Shown piece by piece: positions 36,558 through 45,577 of a stretch of DNA of 64,000 nt. The first letter of the stretch is position 1. Every line of letters begins with the position of its first letter. Position numbers and translations under genes: made by a program. The stretch is from Acidobacteria bacterium Ga0077553 (GTDB lineage: Bacteria > Acidobacteriota > Terriglobia > Bryobacterales > Bryobacteraceae), in assembly GCA_001464575.1 (NCBI GenBank), contig LNFE01000138.1:5116-69115 (forward strand), given 5' to 3'. The notes beneath the pieces were generated by a model. That model ran no database searches and had not been told where the DNA came from. It saw only the letters and a program-made list of their open reading frames with translations.

Positions 36558-37667
36558 ATGAAAATCAGCGGAATTCGGGTGTATCGCGTCGAACTGCCCC
36601 TGCACGAAGGCAGTTACAAGTGGTCCGGAGGCAACTCGGTCGAGGTCTTCGATTCGACGGTGGTGGCCGTCGATACCGACGCCGGAATCAGCGGCTATGG
36701 CGAGGTCTGCCCGTTGGGTTCGGCCTATCTCGCCGCGTACGCGAACGGCGCCCGGACGGGACTTAAAGAGTTGGCTCCGAATCTGATAGGCGTTGACCCC
36801 ACCGAACTCGGCGCCTTGAACCGGCGCATGGATCAACTGATGCGCGGCCATCCGTATGTGAAGTCCGCGATCGACATGGCTTGTTGGGACATCCTCGGAA
36901 AGGCTTCGGGACAATCGGTGGCGACGCTGCTGGGCGGCCGCTATGGCGTCGATTTTCCGCTCTATCGAGCCATTTCGCAGGATACGCCGGAGCGCATGGC
37001 CGCCAACGTCTCGGGCTATCGTGCCGAGGGCTACACCAAGTTTCAGTTGAAGGTGGGCGGCAATCCAGATGTCGACATCGAACGCATTCGGGCGGTAGCT
37101 GCTGAAATGCAGCGGGGCGATATCCTGATTGCCGATGCGAACACCGGATGGCGCCAGCATGAGGCCGTCCGCATTGCCCATTCGGTACGCGATGTGGACG
37201 TCTACATCGAACAGCCTTGTTTGTCATATGAAGAGTGCCTTGCCGTGCGGCGTCATACCGATCGGCCTTTCGTTCTTGACGAAGTGATCGACGATCTGAG
37301 CGCGGTGTTGCGTGGCGTCTCCGATCAGGCGATGGATGTGATCAACCTCAAGATCTCCAAGGTCGGTGGGTTGACGAAGGCGCGGCAGATCCGCGATTTG
37401 TGCGTGTCGCTGGGGATTGCCATGACGATTGAGGATACCTGGGGCGGCGACATCATCACCTCCGCGATTGCGCACCTGGCGCACAGTACGCCTCCGGAGT
37501 TCTTGTTTACAGCCACGGATTTCAATAGTTATGTCACGGTGAGCAATGCCGAAGGCGCGCCGCAGCGCCTCGCGGGACGGTTGGCGGCATCGCCGAAGCC
37601 CGGCCTGGGGATTACACCGCGCTGGGAGGTGCTTGGGGAGCCGGTTTTTGCGGTATCGAGACCGTGA
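36558..37667 (+). CDS. enolase-superfamily enzyme (mandelate racemase / muconate lactonizing enzyme family)
   Basis: KxK motif [10 protein letters not shown], with metal-ligand contexts [13 protein letters not shown] and VLDEV. The length is typical at 369 aa. Confidence 0.85.
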   Translation: MKISGIRVYRVELPLHEGSYKWSGGNSVEVFDSTVVAVDTDAGISGYGEVCPLGSAYLAAYANGARTGLKELAPNLIGVDPTELGALNRRMDQLMRGHPYVKSAIDMACWDILGKASGQSVATLLGGRYGVDFPLYRAISQDTPERMAANVSGYRAEGYTKFQLKVGGNPDVDIERIRAVAAEMQRGDILIADANTGWRQHEAVRIAHSVRDVDVYIEQPCLSYEECLAVRRHTDRPFVLDEVIDDLSAVLRGVSDQAMDVINLKISKVGGLTKARQIRDLCVSLGIAMTIEDTWGGDIITSAIAHLAHSTPPEFLFTATDFNSYVTVSNAEGAPQRLAGRLAASPKPGLGITPRWEVLGEPVFAVSRP

Positions 37668-38232
37668 ACTGCGGCCAGCCGGCGATCCGGGGGCAATGAA
37701 CAGGCAATGAAAGGGATTTTGGCGATCGTTGGTTTCATCCTATTGCTTACGCAAGACGCAAAAGCGAAGAGCGTCTGCGGCATCCTCGAACGGACGCCAT
37801 TGGCTCGCTGGCGGGCCGTTTCATGGATATATGCTCTTTGACCTCTCGTCCCGGTCGATGTGCAAATCGAAAGACAAAGACCTTCCGCTACGCCCCATCC
37901 TGAGGCTTTGCTGGTTGGAATCCAGTCGCTGCCCTCCGCAAGGGAGAGAGTCGGAGCTGGCGGCGAAGGCGTTAAACCACCTGATTGACGAGTGCCGTCG
38001 TCTGGAACGGAAACGCGGGTTCCGGGGCATCCGGGTCCGGCTGCGAGGGATTCTTGTTTATCCTCCCGATGTTCAGGTTTTTTGTGAGGATGACGTCTGC
38101 TGGGGCTCAGGTTTTGGAGATGGTTCGATTGCGGCTTCGATTCTGCCGCTCTCGATTCAGAGACTGGACTAAGGCCTGCCCCGCTGCCATTCGTTGACCG
38201 CGACATCGGCTTAGTCGATTCTGGAAGGGCTG

Positions 38233-39120
38233 ATGAAAATTCTGACTTTCTCTCTGCTCTGGTTAGGCTTGGCGGCCGGAGCCGTCTTCCGGAGCGAGGA
38301 TGGCGGCCGCAGTTGGGTGCGGGCCGACGCTGGTTTGCCCGCCGAGCGCGTCAACGCCCTCGGGGAAGTCGGCGGGCGGTGGCTGGCGGGGACGGAAACG
38401 GGCATCTATGCGTCCAGCGATCGCGGCCGCAAATGGGAACTCGCGGGCGGCGGCGCTGGCCGCATCCTGAGCTTTGCCACGGCAGGCGCCAACGTCTACG
38501 CCGGCACTGAAAACGGCCTCCTCTGGTCGACAGACGGCGGGCGCCAGTTCACTCCCGTGCTCGCGTTTCCCGCGAAACGCGTGCGCAGCCTGGCCGTGCT
38601 GGGCGAGACAGTCTACGCCGGCACCGATCGCGACGGCGTACTCGCCAGCGACGACGCCGGGCGGAGCTGGCAGCGCCTTAGTCCCGGTTGGCCCCTGCAA
38701 GGGCAGGCCTTCGCCCTGGCGGTCTCCGGTGGGCGGGTGTTCGCCGGCCTCTATGCCAAGGGCTTGTGGGTATGGGAGGCGGGACGCTGGCAGAAGCGCG
38801 GCGAGACCACGCCACTGGCGCTCGCGGCCGTGGGCGAGACGCTGGTGGCCGGCCACAACCCCGGCGGACTGCGGCGCAGCGCGGATGGCGGCCGGAACTG
38901 GCAGGAGACCATGCCCGCCGCACCCGTTTGGGAGATGGGAGCCGGAGGCGGCCGCGTCGTGGCCGGGGTGGGAGAAGGCGTGTTCGTCTCGGACGACGAG
39001 GGACGGAGCTGGCGGCGAGCCGCGCTGCCAGAGCAGACCCCGGGGATCAGCATGGTGGTCCGCGGCGAGACGATGCTCGTCGGCGTACTACTGCGCCGCG
39101 GCGCGGTCGCGGGGGAATAG
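38233..39120 (+). CDS. secreted BNR/Asp-box beta-propeller protein (Ycf48-like repeat architecture)
   Basis: Signal peptide MKILTFSLLWLGLAAGA. Six SxDxGxxW-type boxes: SEDGGRSW, SSDRGRKW, STDGGRQF, SDDAGRSW, SADGGRNW, SDDEGRSW. Confidence 0.75.
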   Translation: MKILTFSLLWLGLAAGAVFRSEDGGRSWVRADAGLPAERVNALGEVGGRWLAGTETGIYASSDRGRKWELAGGGAGRILSFATAGANVYAGTENGLLWSTDGGRQFTPVLAFPAKRVRSLAVLGETVYAGTDRDGVLASDDAGRSWQRLSPGWPLQGQAFALAVSGGRVFAGLYAKGLWVWEAGRWQKRGETTPLALAAVGETLVAGHNPGGLRRSADGGRNWQETMPAAPVWEMGAGGGRVVAGVGEGVFVSDDEGRSWRRAALPEQTPGISMVVRGETMLVGVLLRRGAVAGE

Positions 39121-40320
39121 GCGGAGCGTTGCATATAGGATCAGCCCCGCCGTGCAGAGGTATCCAATCGCCGTGAACGCCATCAGTTGGCCCACCCCAA
39201 TCGTGTCCCGCGCCACGCCGCCAAGGTAGGGCGCGAAGCCGGAGACGAAGCAGCCCAGAAAGTTCAAGACCCCGATCGCCGTGGCGCGGAAGGCGCTCGG
39301 CACGACGTCAAACGCGGCAGCCGCCTGGTTGCCCGTCACCAGGCCCGCGCAGAAGCCAAACAGCGCCGCAGCGACCCGCATCGACAACAGCGACGGCGCC
39401 GCGCCGAGCAGGAAAATGCACGGTCCGGCGCCGCAGAAGGCCGCGAAGATCAACCAGTACCGAGCCGCCTTCGTCCGCTTGTAGGCCGCATCGGCGAGCA
39501 GGCCTCCCACCAACAGGCCAGTCAGACTGCCGATCTGCGGATAGATCGCCGCTTCATAGCCGGCCTGAAACAGCGTCAGCTTGAACTTGTCAAACAGGAA
39601 CGTCGGCAGCCAGGTATAGACGAGAAAGAGACCGAAGGTGGCGACCGCGACGAACGTCGAAACCACCTGCAGCGTTGGGATGCGGAGGAGGCGCGTGAAG
39701 TCGGCGAAACGCGCCGGAGCGGCCGACAGCGGCGAGATGCGAATGCTGGCCGGAAGCCGGGAGAGGTAGCCGTATAGGGGCCAGGCATAGAGCAGGCCGA
39801 TGGCGCCCAGCGTGTAGAACGCGGCCTGCCAATGGAAGCGCTCCGCAATGTAGCCACTGATGGAGCCGCCAAACGCAACGCCCACCATCTGACTGGTAGC
39901 GAACAGGGCGATAGCCTTCGAACGTGTCTCCGGGCCGTGGGCGTTGGCCATCAGCGCATACGCCGCGGGCATGAAGCAGGACTCGGCAATGCCAAGCAGG
40001 GCGCGGCAGAGGATCAGCAGAGGACCATTCGGCGCGAGGCCGGAAAGCACCGTGAAGAAGCTCCAAATCGCGAGACTGCCGGCGACCATCGCGGGCTTGG
40101 GCCAGCGGTCGCCGAGAATGCCGGCGATGGGCGAGAACAGACCATAGATCCAGAGGAAAAGAGCGCCGGTGAGGCCCAGGGTCTCGTTCGAAAACCCGTA
40201 GTGCGCTTGCAGGGCGGGGAAGAGCGTGTAGAGAACCTGGCGGTCGGCGTGGTTGAGAACGTAGCAGAACCAGAGCAGGGCGATGAGAAGCCATTTGGGC
40301 TGGATGGCGAAATGGCTCAT
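39088..40320 (-). CDS. MFS transporter
   Basis: 410 aa with about 12 hydrophobic helices and an MFS-like loop motif (GILGDRWPKP). Confidence 0.8.
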   Translation of the reverse strand: MSHFAIQPKWLLIALLWFCYVLNHADRQVLYTLFPALQAHYGFSNETLGLTGALFLWIYGLFSPIAGILGDRWPKPAMVAGSLAIWSFFTVLSGLAPNGPLLILCRALLGIAESCFMPAAYALMANAHGPETRSKAIALFATSQMVGVAFGGSISGYIAERFHWQAAFYTLGAIGLLYAWPLYGYLSRLPASIRISPLSAAPARFADFTRLLRIPTLQVVSTFVAVATFGLFLVYTWLPTFLFDKFKLTLFQAGYEAAIYPQIGSLTGLLVGGLLADAAYKRTKAARYWLIFAAFCGAGPCIFLLGAAPSLLSMRVAAALFGFCAGLVTGNQAAAAFDVVPSAFRATAIGVLNFLGCFVSGFAPYLGGVARDTIGVGQLMAFTAIGYLCTAGLILYATLRLFPRDRAAAQ

Positions 40321-40338
40321 AGAACAGAACTATACTGC

Positions 40339-41193
40339 ATGATCATGGTCCTCTTTTTGCTGGCAGCGGAAGTGTTGTTCGTGGCGGCGCCGTTTACGGC
40401 CGAGCGAAGTTTTACGGGAGAGATTGAAGGGCCGGCCGTGGACCGCGCCGGGAACGTTTACGCTGTTAGTTTTGCGAAGAAGAATACGATTGGCCGCGTG
40501 ACGCCGGAAGGCAAGGCAGAGATCTTCATTGAGATGCCAGGAGCCAGCCTGGCGAACGGGATCCGGATTGCCAAGGACGGGATGCTTTACGTGGCCGACT
40601 ATACTGGCCACAACATTCTGAAGATCGACCCGGCAACGCGGCAGGTGAGCGTGTTTGCGCACGAGCCGAAGATGAATCAGCCAAACGACCTCGCGATGAG
40701 CAAAGACGGCACCCTGTGGGCCTCTGATCCGGACTGGAAGAACGGAACGGGGCAGTTGTGGCGAATTGGGACGGACGGAAAGGTGACGCGGGTGGCCGAG
40801 GGGATGGGCACGACGAACGGCATCGACTTGAGTCCGGACGGGAAGTTTCTGTACGTGAACGAGTCGGTGCAGCGGAAGGTTTGGCGGTTCCGGGTAATGC
40901 CCGATGGGAGCCTGGCGGAGAAGCAGTTGCTCGTCGAGTTCCCGGACTTCGCCATGGACGGCATGCGCGTGGACCGGACGGGCAATCTGTTCATCTCGCG
41001 GCACGGCAAGGGGACGGTAGCGATGGTGTCGCCGCAGGGAAAAGTGCTACGGGAGATCGATACTCTAGGGGCCAAACCGAGTAATGTGGCGTTCGGCGGG
41101 GTGGACGGAAAAACCGTTTACGTCACCGAAATGGAGAAGGGGCGGTTAGTAAAGTTTCGCGTGCCCACGGCTGGGCGCGAATGGGGGCGGTAA
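40339..41193 (+). CDS. SMP-30/gluconolactonase/LRE-like six-bladed propeller protein
   Basis: ATG at 40339 within track ORF 39832..41193, with a signal-like MIMVLFLLAAEVLFVAA. It has repeats with GPAVDRAGNVY, NGIRIAKDGMLYVAD, PNDLAMSKDGTLWASD, and NGIDLSPDGKFLYV. Confidence 0.8.
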   Translation: MIMVLFLLAAEVLFVAAPFTAERSFTGEIEGPAVDRAGNVYAVSFAKKNTIGRVTPEGKAEIFIEMPGASLANGIRIAKDGMLYVADYTGHNILKIDPATRQVSVFAHEPKMNQPNDLAMSKDGTLWASDPDWKNGTGQLWRIGTDGKVTRVAEGMGTTNGIDLSPDGKFLYVNESVQRKVWRFRVMPDGSLAEKQLLVEFPDFAMDGMRVDRTGNLFISRHGKGTVAMVSPQGKVLREIDTLGAKPSNVAFGGVDGKTVYVTEMEKGRLVKFRVPTAGREWGR

Positions 41194-41201
41194 ACTGAGA
41201 T

Positions 41202-42647
41202 ATGGGCGCAACTTCCGGAACTAACCTTCACCCCGAACGGCCACGACTGAGTACGCATCAGAAGGCCCTGAGTATTAACTTAGATCCCGTGCGGTATGGG
41301 ACTTTCGCAGAGATCGGCGCGGGGCAGGAAGTGGCGCGCTGGTTCTTCAAGGTGGGCGCCGCGGCGGGTACCATCTCGAAGTCGATCTCCGCTTACGACA
41401 TGACCGTGAGCGACGCCATTTACGGTAAGTGCAAACGGTATGTCTCGCGGGAACGGCTCGAGCGCATGTTGGACTATGAACATAGCTTGAACGTGGAGCG
41501 GCTCGGCAACTCGCGCGGGGATACGACGGCGTTCTTCACGTTTGCCGATACCGTTTCGGCCCTGAACTTCAAGGGCACCAACGAGTGCCACGGCTGGATG
41601 GGCGTGAAGTATCAAGCCTTTCCCGGCGATGCGGACAACACGATCATTCTGCATGTGCGGATGCTCGACCGGGAGAACCCGCTGCAGCAGGAGGCGCTCG
41701 GCATCGTCGGCGTGAATCTGCTCTACGCGGCGTTTTTCCTGCACCATACGCCGAACCAGATGCTCGAATCGTTACTCGACAACCTGACGACGGACCGCCT
41801 GGAAATCGACATGGTGGACTTCTCGGGCATTGAGTTCCGCCGCGTGGATAACCGCGTGATGAGCCTGAAGCTGGTGCAACTGGGGCTGAGCGGCGCGGCG
41901 ATGTTCGGGCCGAAGGGCGACGTGCTGCAGCCGAGCGAGGTGTTGCGGAAGAAGCCGATTCTGGTGGAACGCGGCAGCTTCCGGCCGGTGACCAAGGTCA
42001 ACATCGACATGATCGAGAGCGCCCGGAAGCAGTTCGGCGAAGAGCCGGAGGTGCAGGGCAAAGAGGTTGTCGAGTTGATGGAGATCACGATGCGCAACCT
42101 GCTTTCGGGCGGGGGCGACATCGATCTGCGAGACTTCCTGGCGCGGGCGGATCTGCTATCGACAGCGGGCAAGACGGTGTTGATTTCGGACTACTTCGAA
42201 TACTACCGGCTGGCGGCCTACCTGGGCCGCTATACGAACGAACCGATCGCCATCACGATGGGCGCGCAGAGCGTGCGGGACCTGTTTGCGGAGGAATTTT
42301 ACAGGACGCTCGAAGGCGGCATTCTCGAAGCGTTCGGGCGGCTGTTTACGAGGGATCTGCGGCTGTATGTCTATCCACTGCTCGAACCGGGCACGGGCGA
42401 GCTAACGACGGCCGAGAACATCCAGATGCCGGAGTCGCTACGCAACCTCTACAAGCACTTGGTAGAGCGGGGACGGATCCGGAGCCTCGATACGTTTGAC
42501 CGGAGCGTGCTGCATATCTTCTCGCGCGATGTGCTGCGGCGCATCAAGGATCAGGACGATTCGTGGGAGGAGATGGTGCCGCCGGAGATCGCAGCCGTCA
42601 TCAAGAAGCGGCGCTTCTTCGGATATCGCGAGAAAGACAAAGTCTAG
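41202..42647 (+). CDS. conserved hypothetical protein (481 aa), no family recognised
   Basis: Long ATG ORF with balanced composition and no shadow character. Distinctive N-terminal motif YGTFAEIGAGQEVARWFF. I cannot name the family. Confidence 0.7.
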   Translation: MGATSGTNLHPERPRLSTHQKALSINLDPVRYGTFAEIGAGQEVARWFFKVGAAAGTISKSISAYDMTVSDAIYGKCKRYVSRERLERMLDYEHSLNVERLGNSRGDTTAFFTFADTVSALNFKGTNECHGWMGVKYQAFPGDADNTIILHVRMLDRENPLQQEALGIVGVNLLYAAFFLHHTPNQMLESLLDNLTTDRLEIDMVDFSGIEFRRVDNRVMSLKLVQLGLSGAAMFGPKGDVLQPSEVLRKKPILVERGSFRPVTKVNIDMIESARKQFGEEPEVQGKEVVELMEITMRNLLSGGGDIDLRDFLARADLLSTAGKTVLISDYFEYYRLAAYLGRYTNEPIAITMGAQSVRDLFAEEFYRTLEGGILEAFGRLFTRDLRLYVYPLLEPGTGELTTAENIQMPESLRNLYKHLVERGRIRSLDTFDRSVLHIFSRDVLRRIKDQDDSWEEMVPPEIAAVIKKRRFFGYREKDKV

Positions 42648-42892
42648 CCGCCGGAGATTGCGGCGATGAAGTGCACCTCGGAATCCGGGCGGACAGGCTC
42701 CAGCACCCCGAGGGGCGTCACCTCGTCATCGACGGAGATGGCGAGGTTTGGCCGTAAAAGATGTTTCGAGATACCAGGGAAGCGGGCCTCGATCGCGATG
42801 ATCAGCTCGCCGACCGTCGCGCCGGGGACCTCGATCTGCGCGAGGCCCCCGGTCTGCTGACGGACGAGGGTGGGAAAGAAGACCGTGGCCAC
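42644..42892 (-). CDS. MoaD/ThiS-family ubiquitin-like sulfur-carrier protein (C-terminal GG)
   Basis: 82 aa ending ...VHFIAAISGG-stop. The overall pattern matches MoaD (beta-grasp, ...DEV.F.PP.sGG). It lies 3 nt downstream of the molybdoenzyme large subunit. Confidence 0.75.
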   Translation of the reverse strand: MATVFFPTLVRQQTGGLAQIEVPGATVGELIIAIEARFPGISKHLLRPNLAISVDDEVTPLGVLEPVRPDSEVHFIAAISGG

Positions 42893-42895
42893 CAG

Positions 42896-45094
42896 CTACA
42901 GTCCGAGGATGGTGGCCGGGTTCATGGGAACGCGGTTGAGCCGCTTGCCTGTGGCCCGGTAGAGCGCGTTGGCGACGGCGGCCAAGGGCGGGACGATGTT
43001 GGCTTCGCCCACGCCGCGCACGCCGAAGGGATGGCCCGGGTTCGGCACTTCGACGATGATGGTTTCAATCATCGGCAGGTCGAGGGCCGTAGGCATCCGG
43101 TAGTCGAGATAGCTGCCGTTGCGCATGTCGCCGGCCGTATCCATGAAGTACTCTTCGTTGAGCGCCCAGCCGATGCCCTGGGCGGTGCCGCCCTGCATCT
43201 GGCCCTCGACGTAGGCCGGGTGAATGGCCTTGCCGGCGTCCTGCACGGAGGTGACGCGGAGGACATCCGTCTTGCCGGTTTCGGGGTCGACTTTCACATC
43301 GATGATGAGCCCGGCGATAGAGCCGCCGACGCCCTTGGGGTTGACGGTGGCGCTGCAGGAGACCGGTCCGCCGGTGGCGCCGAGTTGGGCGGCGAGTTCG
43401 GCGAAAGTAAACGACTGGCCATTGGCAGAGAAGACGCCGTTCGAGAAAGCCACTTCGTCTACGGCCCAGAGGCGGGCGGCGCGGGCCTTCATCTGTTCGA
43501 CCACTATCTGCGCGGCGTCGTGCACCGCAAGGCCGGTGGAGAACGTGGTGCGGCTACCACCGGTTACGCCGGTATAGCCGACCGAGTCCGTATCGACGAT
43601 GGTGGGGTGGATATCCTCGGCGCGGAGGCCAAGAACTTCCGCGGCCTGCATGGAAAGCGACGTCCGGGAGCCGCCGATATCCGTCGAGCCTTCGATGAGG
43701 TTCACGGTGCCATCGGCATTCACCGACAGCGTGGCCGACGACGGCAGCCCGGCGTTGAACCAGAAGCCGATGGCAACGCCGCGGCCGCAGTTCGGCCCGG
43801 GGAGCGGGGCGTTGTAGTGGGGCGAGGCCTTCATGGCTTCGAGCACTTCGATGCAGCCGATGCGCTTGTACCGCGGGCCGTCGGCGCGGCGGGTGCCTTC
43901 CTGGGCCGCGTTGCGGAGACGGAGTTCAAGCGGATCGAGGCCGAGCTTTTCGGCGATCTCATCGAGGACGGTCTCCGTGGCCAGGGCCGAGTTGGGCGCT
44001 CCGGGGGCGCGGTAGGCGGCCGTGGACGGCTTGTTGACGACGACGTCGAAGCCTTCAATGAGGACGTTCGGGATGTCGTAGCAGGCAAAGACCGTCATTG
44101 CGCCCGGGCCGACCATAGCCCCGGGATAAGCGCCGGCTTCGTAGGCGAGCCAAGCCTGGGCCGCCGTGATTTTGCCGGCATCGTTGACGCCGATCTTCAC
44201 GCGGACACGCGAGCCGGGGGTGGGGCCGGTGCCCGTGAAGACGTCCCGGCGGGACATCACAAGTTTCACCGGGCGGCCGGCTTTCTTTGACAACATCGCC
44301 GCGACCGGTTCCAGATAGACGTTGATCTTGCCGCCGAAGCCGCCGCCGATCTCCATCGGCGTGACCTTGACCTGAGAGACCGGAACGTCCAAAACTGCTG
44401 CCGAGGCGTCGCGCGCGACGAAAGAGCCCTGGGTGCTGCACCAGATGTGGATGCGGCCGTCGCTGCTCCAGAAGGCGGTGGCGTTCTGCGGTTCGATGTA
44501 GCCCTGGTGGACGGTAGCCGTATCGAGCTCCCGTTCGACGATGACGGTGGCTTCGGCAAAGCCAGCATCGAGATCGCCCATCTCGTAGCGGATGAGTTCG
44601 GCCACGTTGCCGTTGGGCAGATCGTCGTGCAGAATCGGCGCGCCGGGCGCCATCGCTTCCGGGGCCGTGAGGACACAAGGCAGCGGCTCGTAGTCGACTT
44701 CGATCAGCGCGGCGGCTTCGGCGGCGACGTGGGCGTTAACGGCGGCAACGGCGGCGACTGCATGACCGCTATAGAGCACTTTGCCGGAGGCCAGGATGTT
44801 GCCGCGGAGAGACGAAAGCATCGTATCGCCTTCGCCGAAGTCGACGATCTTGTCGGCCGGGGCCTCAGGGAAGTCGGCGGCCGTGACGACGGCGAAAACC
44901 CCGGGGAAAGCTTCGGCTTTCGACGTATCGATGCGGAGAATGCGAGCGTGGGCATGCGGGCTGCGGAGCACCGCGCCGTGGATCATGCGGGCGAGTTGCA
45001 GGTCGGCGCCATAGAGGGCGCGGCCGGTGACCTTGTCGGCGCCGTCATGGCGGACGGGGCGGGTGCCGATAACGTTATAGGTAGTGGTGCTCAT
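42896..45094 (-). CDS. xanthine dehydrogenase / aldehyde oxidase family molybdopterin-binding large subunit
   Basis: 732 aa with an N-terminal VIGTRPVRHDGADKVTGRALYGAD and an AAYRAPGAP motif. The architecture is that of CoxL/XdhB-type subunits. Confidence 0.9.
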   Translation of the reverse strand: MSTTTYNVIGTRPVRHDGADKVTGRALYGADLQLARMIHGAVLRSPHAHARILRIDTSKAEAFPGVFAVVTAADFPEAPADKIVDFGEGDTMLSSLRGNILASGKVLYSGHAVAAVAAVNAHVAAEAAALIEVDYEPLPCVLTAPEAMAPGAPILHDDLPNGNVAELIRYEMGDLDAGFAEATVIVERELDTATVHQGYIEPQNATAFWSSDGRIHIWCSTQGSFVARDASAAVLDVPVSQVKVTPMEIGGGFGGKINVYLEPVAAMLSKKAGRPVKLVMSRRDVFTGTGPTPGSRVRVKIGVNDAGKITAAQAWLAYEAGAYPGAMVGPGAMTVFACYDIPNVLIEGFDVVVNKPSTAAYRAPGAPNSALATETVLDEIAEKLGLDPLELRLRNAAQEGTRRADGPRYKRIGCIEVLEAMKASPHYNAPLPGPNCGRGVAIGFWFNAGLPSSATLSVNADGTVNLIEGSTDIGGSRTSLSMQAAEVLGLRAEDIHPTIVDTDSVGYTGVTGGSRTTFSTGLAVHDAAQIVVEQMKARAARLWAVDEVAFSNGVFSANGQSFTFAELAAQLGATGGPVSCSATVNPKGVGGSIAGLIIDVKVDPETGKTDVLRVTSVQDAGKAIHPAYVEGQMQGGTAQGIGWALNEEYFMDTAGDMRNGSYLDYRMPTALDLPMIETIIVEVPNPGHPFGVRGVGEANIVPPLAAVANALYRATGKRLNRVPMNPATILGL

Positions 45095-45576
45095 TGGGCG
45101 GCTCCATTAATTTCGATGGCGGCGGCTTGCACGGCGCGAACGATTTTGTCGTAGCCGGTGCAGCGGCAAAGGTTGTTCGAGAGCCAGAATCGGGTCTGTT
45201 CTTCGGTGGGGTGGGGATGCTTCTGCAGCAGGGCGTCGGCGGCGATGAGGAAGCCGGGGGTGCAGATGCCGCACTGCAGGGCGGCGTGGTCGAGGAACGC
45301 CTTCTGCAGTGGATGGAGGGTGCTGCCGTGGGCCAGGCCTTCGACGGTCGTGATGGATTCGCCGGCGGCTTCGACGCCGAGGACCAGGCAGGACGTTACA
45401 ATCCGGTCGCCCAGCTTCACGGTGCAGGAGCCGCAGTTGCCATCGCCGCAGCCTTCCTTCGTGCCGGTGAGGCCGACGATGTCGCGGAGGCATTCGAGCA
45501 GCGACTGGCGCGGTTCGCAGAGGAACTCGACGGGCTCGTTGTTGATGGTGGTTTGGACTTGGACTTTGACGGACAT
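45091..45576 (-). CDS. (2Fe-2S)-binding small subunit of xanthine dehydrogenase family enzyme
   Basis: ATG at 45576 inside track ORF 45091..45813. Cys clusters CGDGNCGSCTV and CGICTPG...CRCTGY. Overlaps the large subunit by ATGA. Confidence 0.9.
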   Translation of the reverse strand: MSVKVQVQTTINNEPVEFLCEPRQSLLECLRDIVGLTGTKEGCGDGNCGSCTVKLGDRIVTSCLVLGVEAAGESITTVEGLAHGSTLHPLQKAFLDHAALQCGICTPGFLIAADALLQKHPHPTEEQTRFWLSNNLCRCTGYDKIVRAVQAAAIEINGAAQ

Positions 45577-45577
45577 G

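Noticed and set aside
38121-38160. tRNA-like GGTTCGATT / GCGGC-TTCGATTCT-GCCGC element.
   Set aside because: The loop is 9 nt rather than 7. No acceptor, D or anticodon arms could be drawn in the flanks, and the motif is simply one of several TCGATT repeats.
42896-45094. Possibility that the Mo large subunit is a bona fide aerobic CO dehydrogenase (CoxL form I).
   Set aside because: The active-site loop reads AAYRAPGAP, not the AYxCSFR signature of form I CoxL. I call it only a xanthine dehydrogenase/aldehyde oxidase family member.
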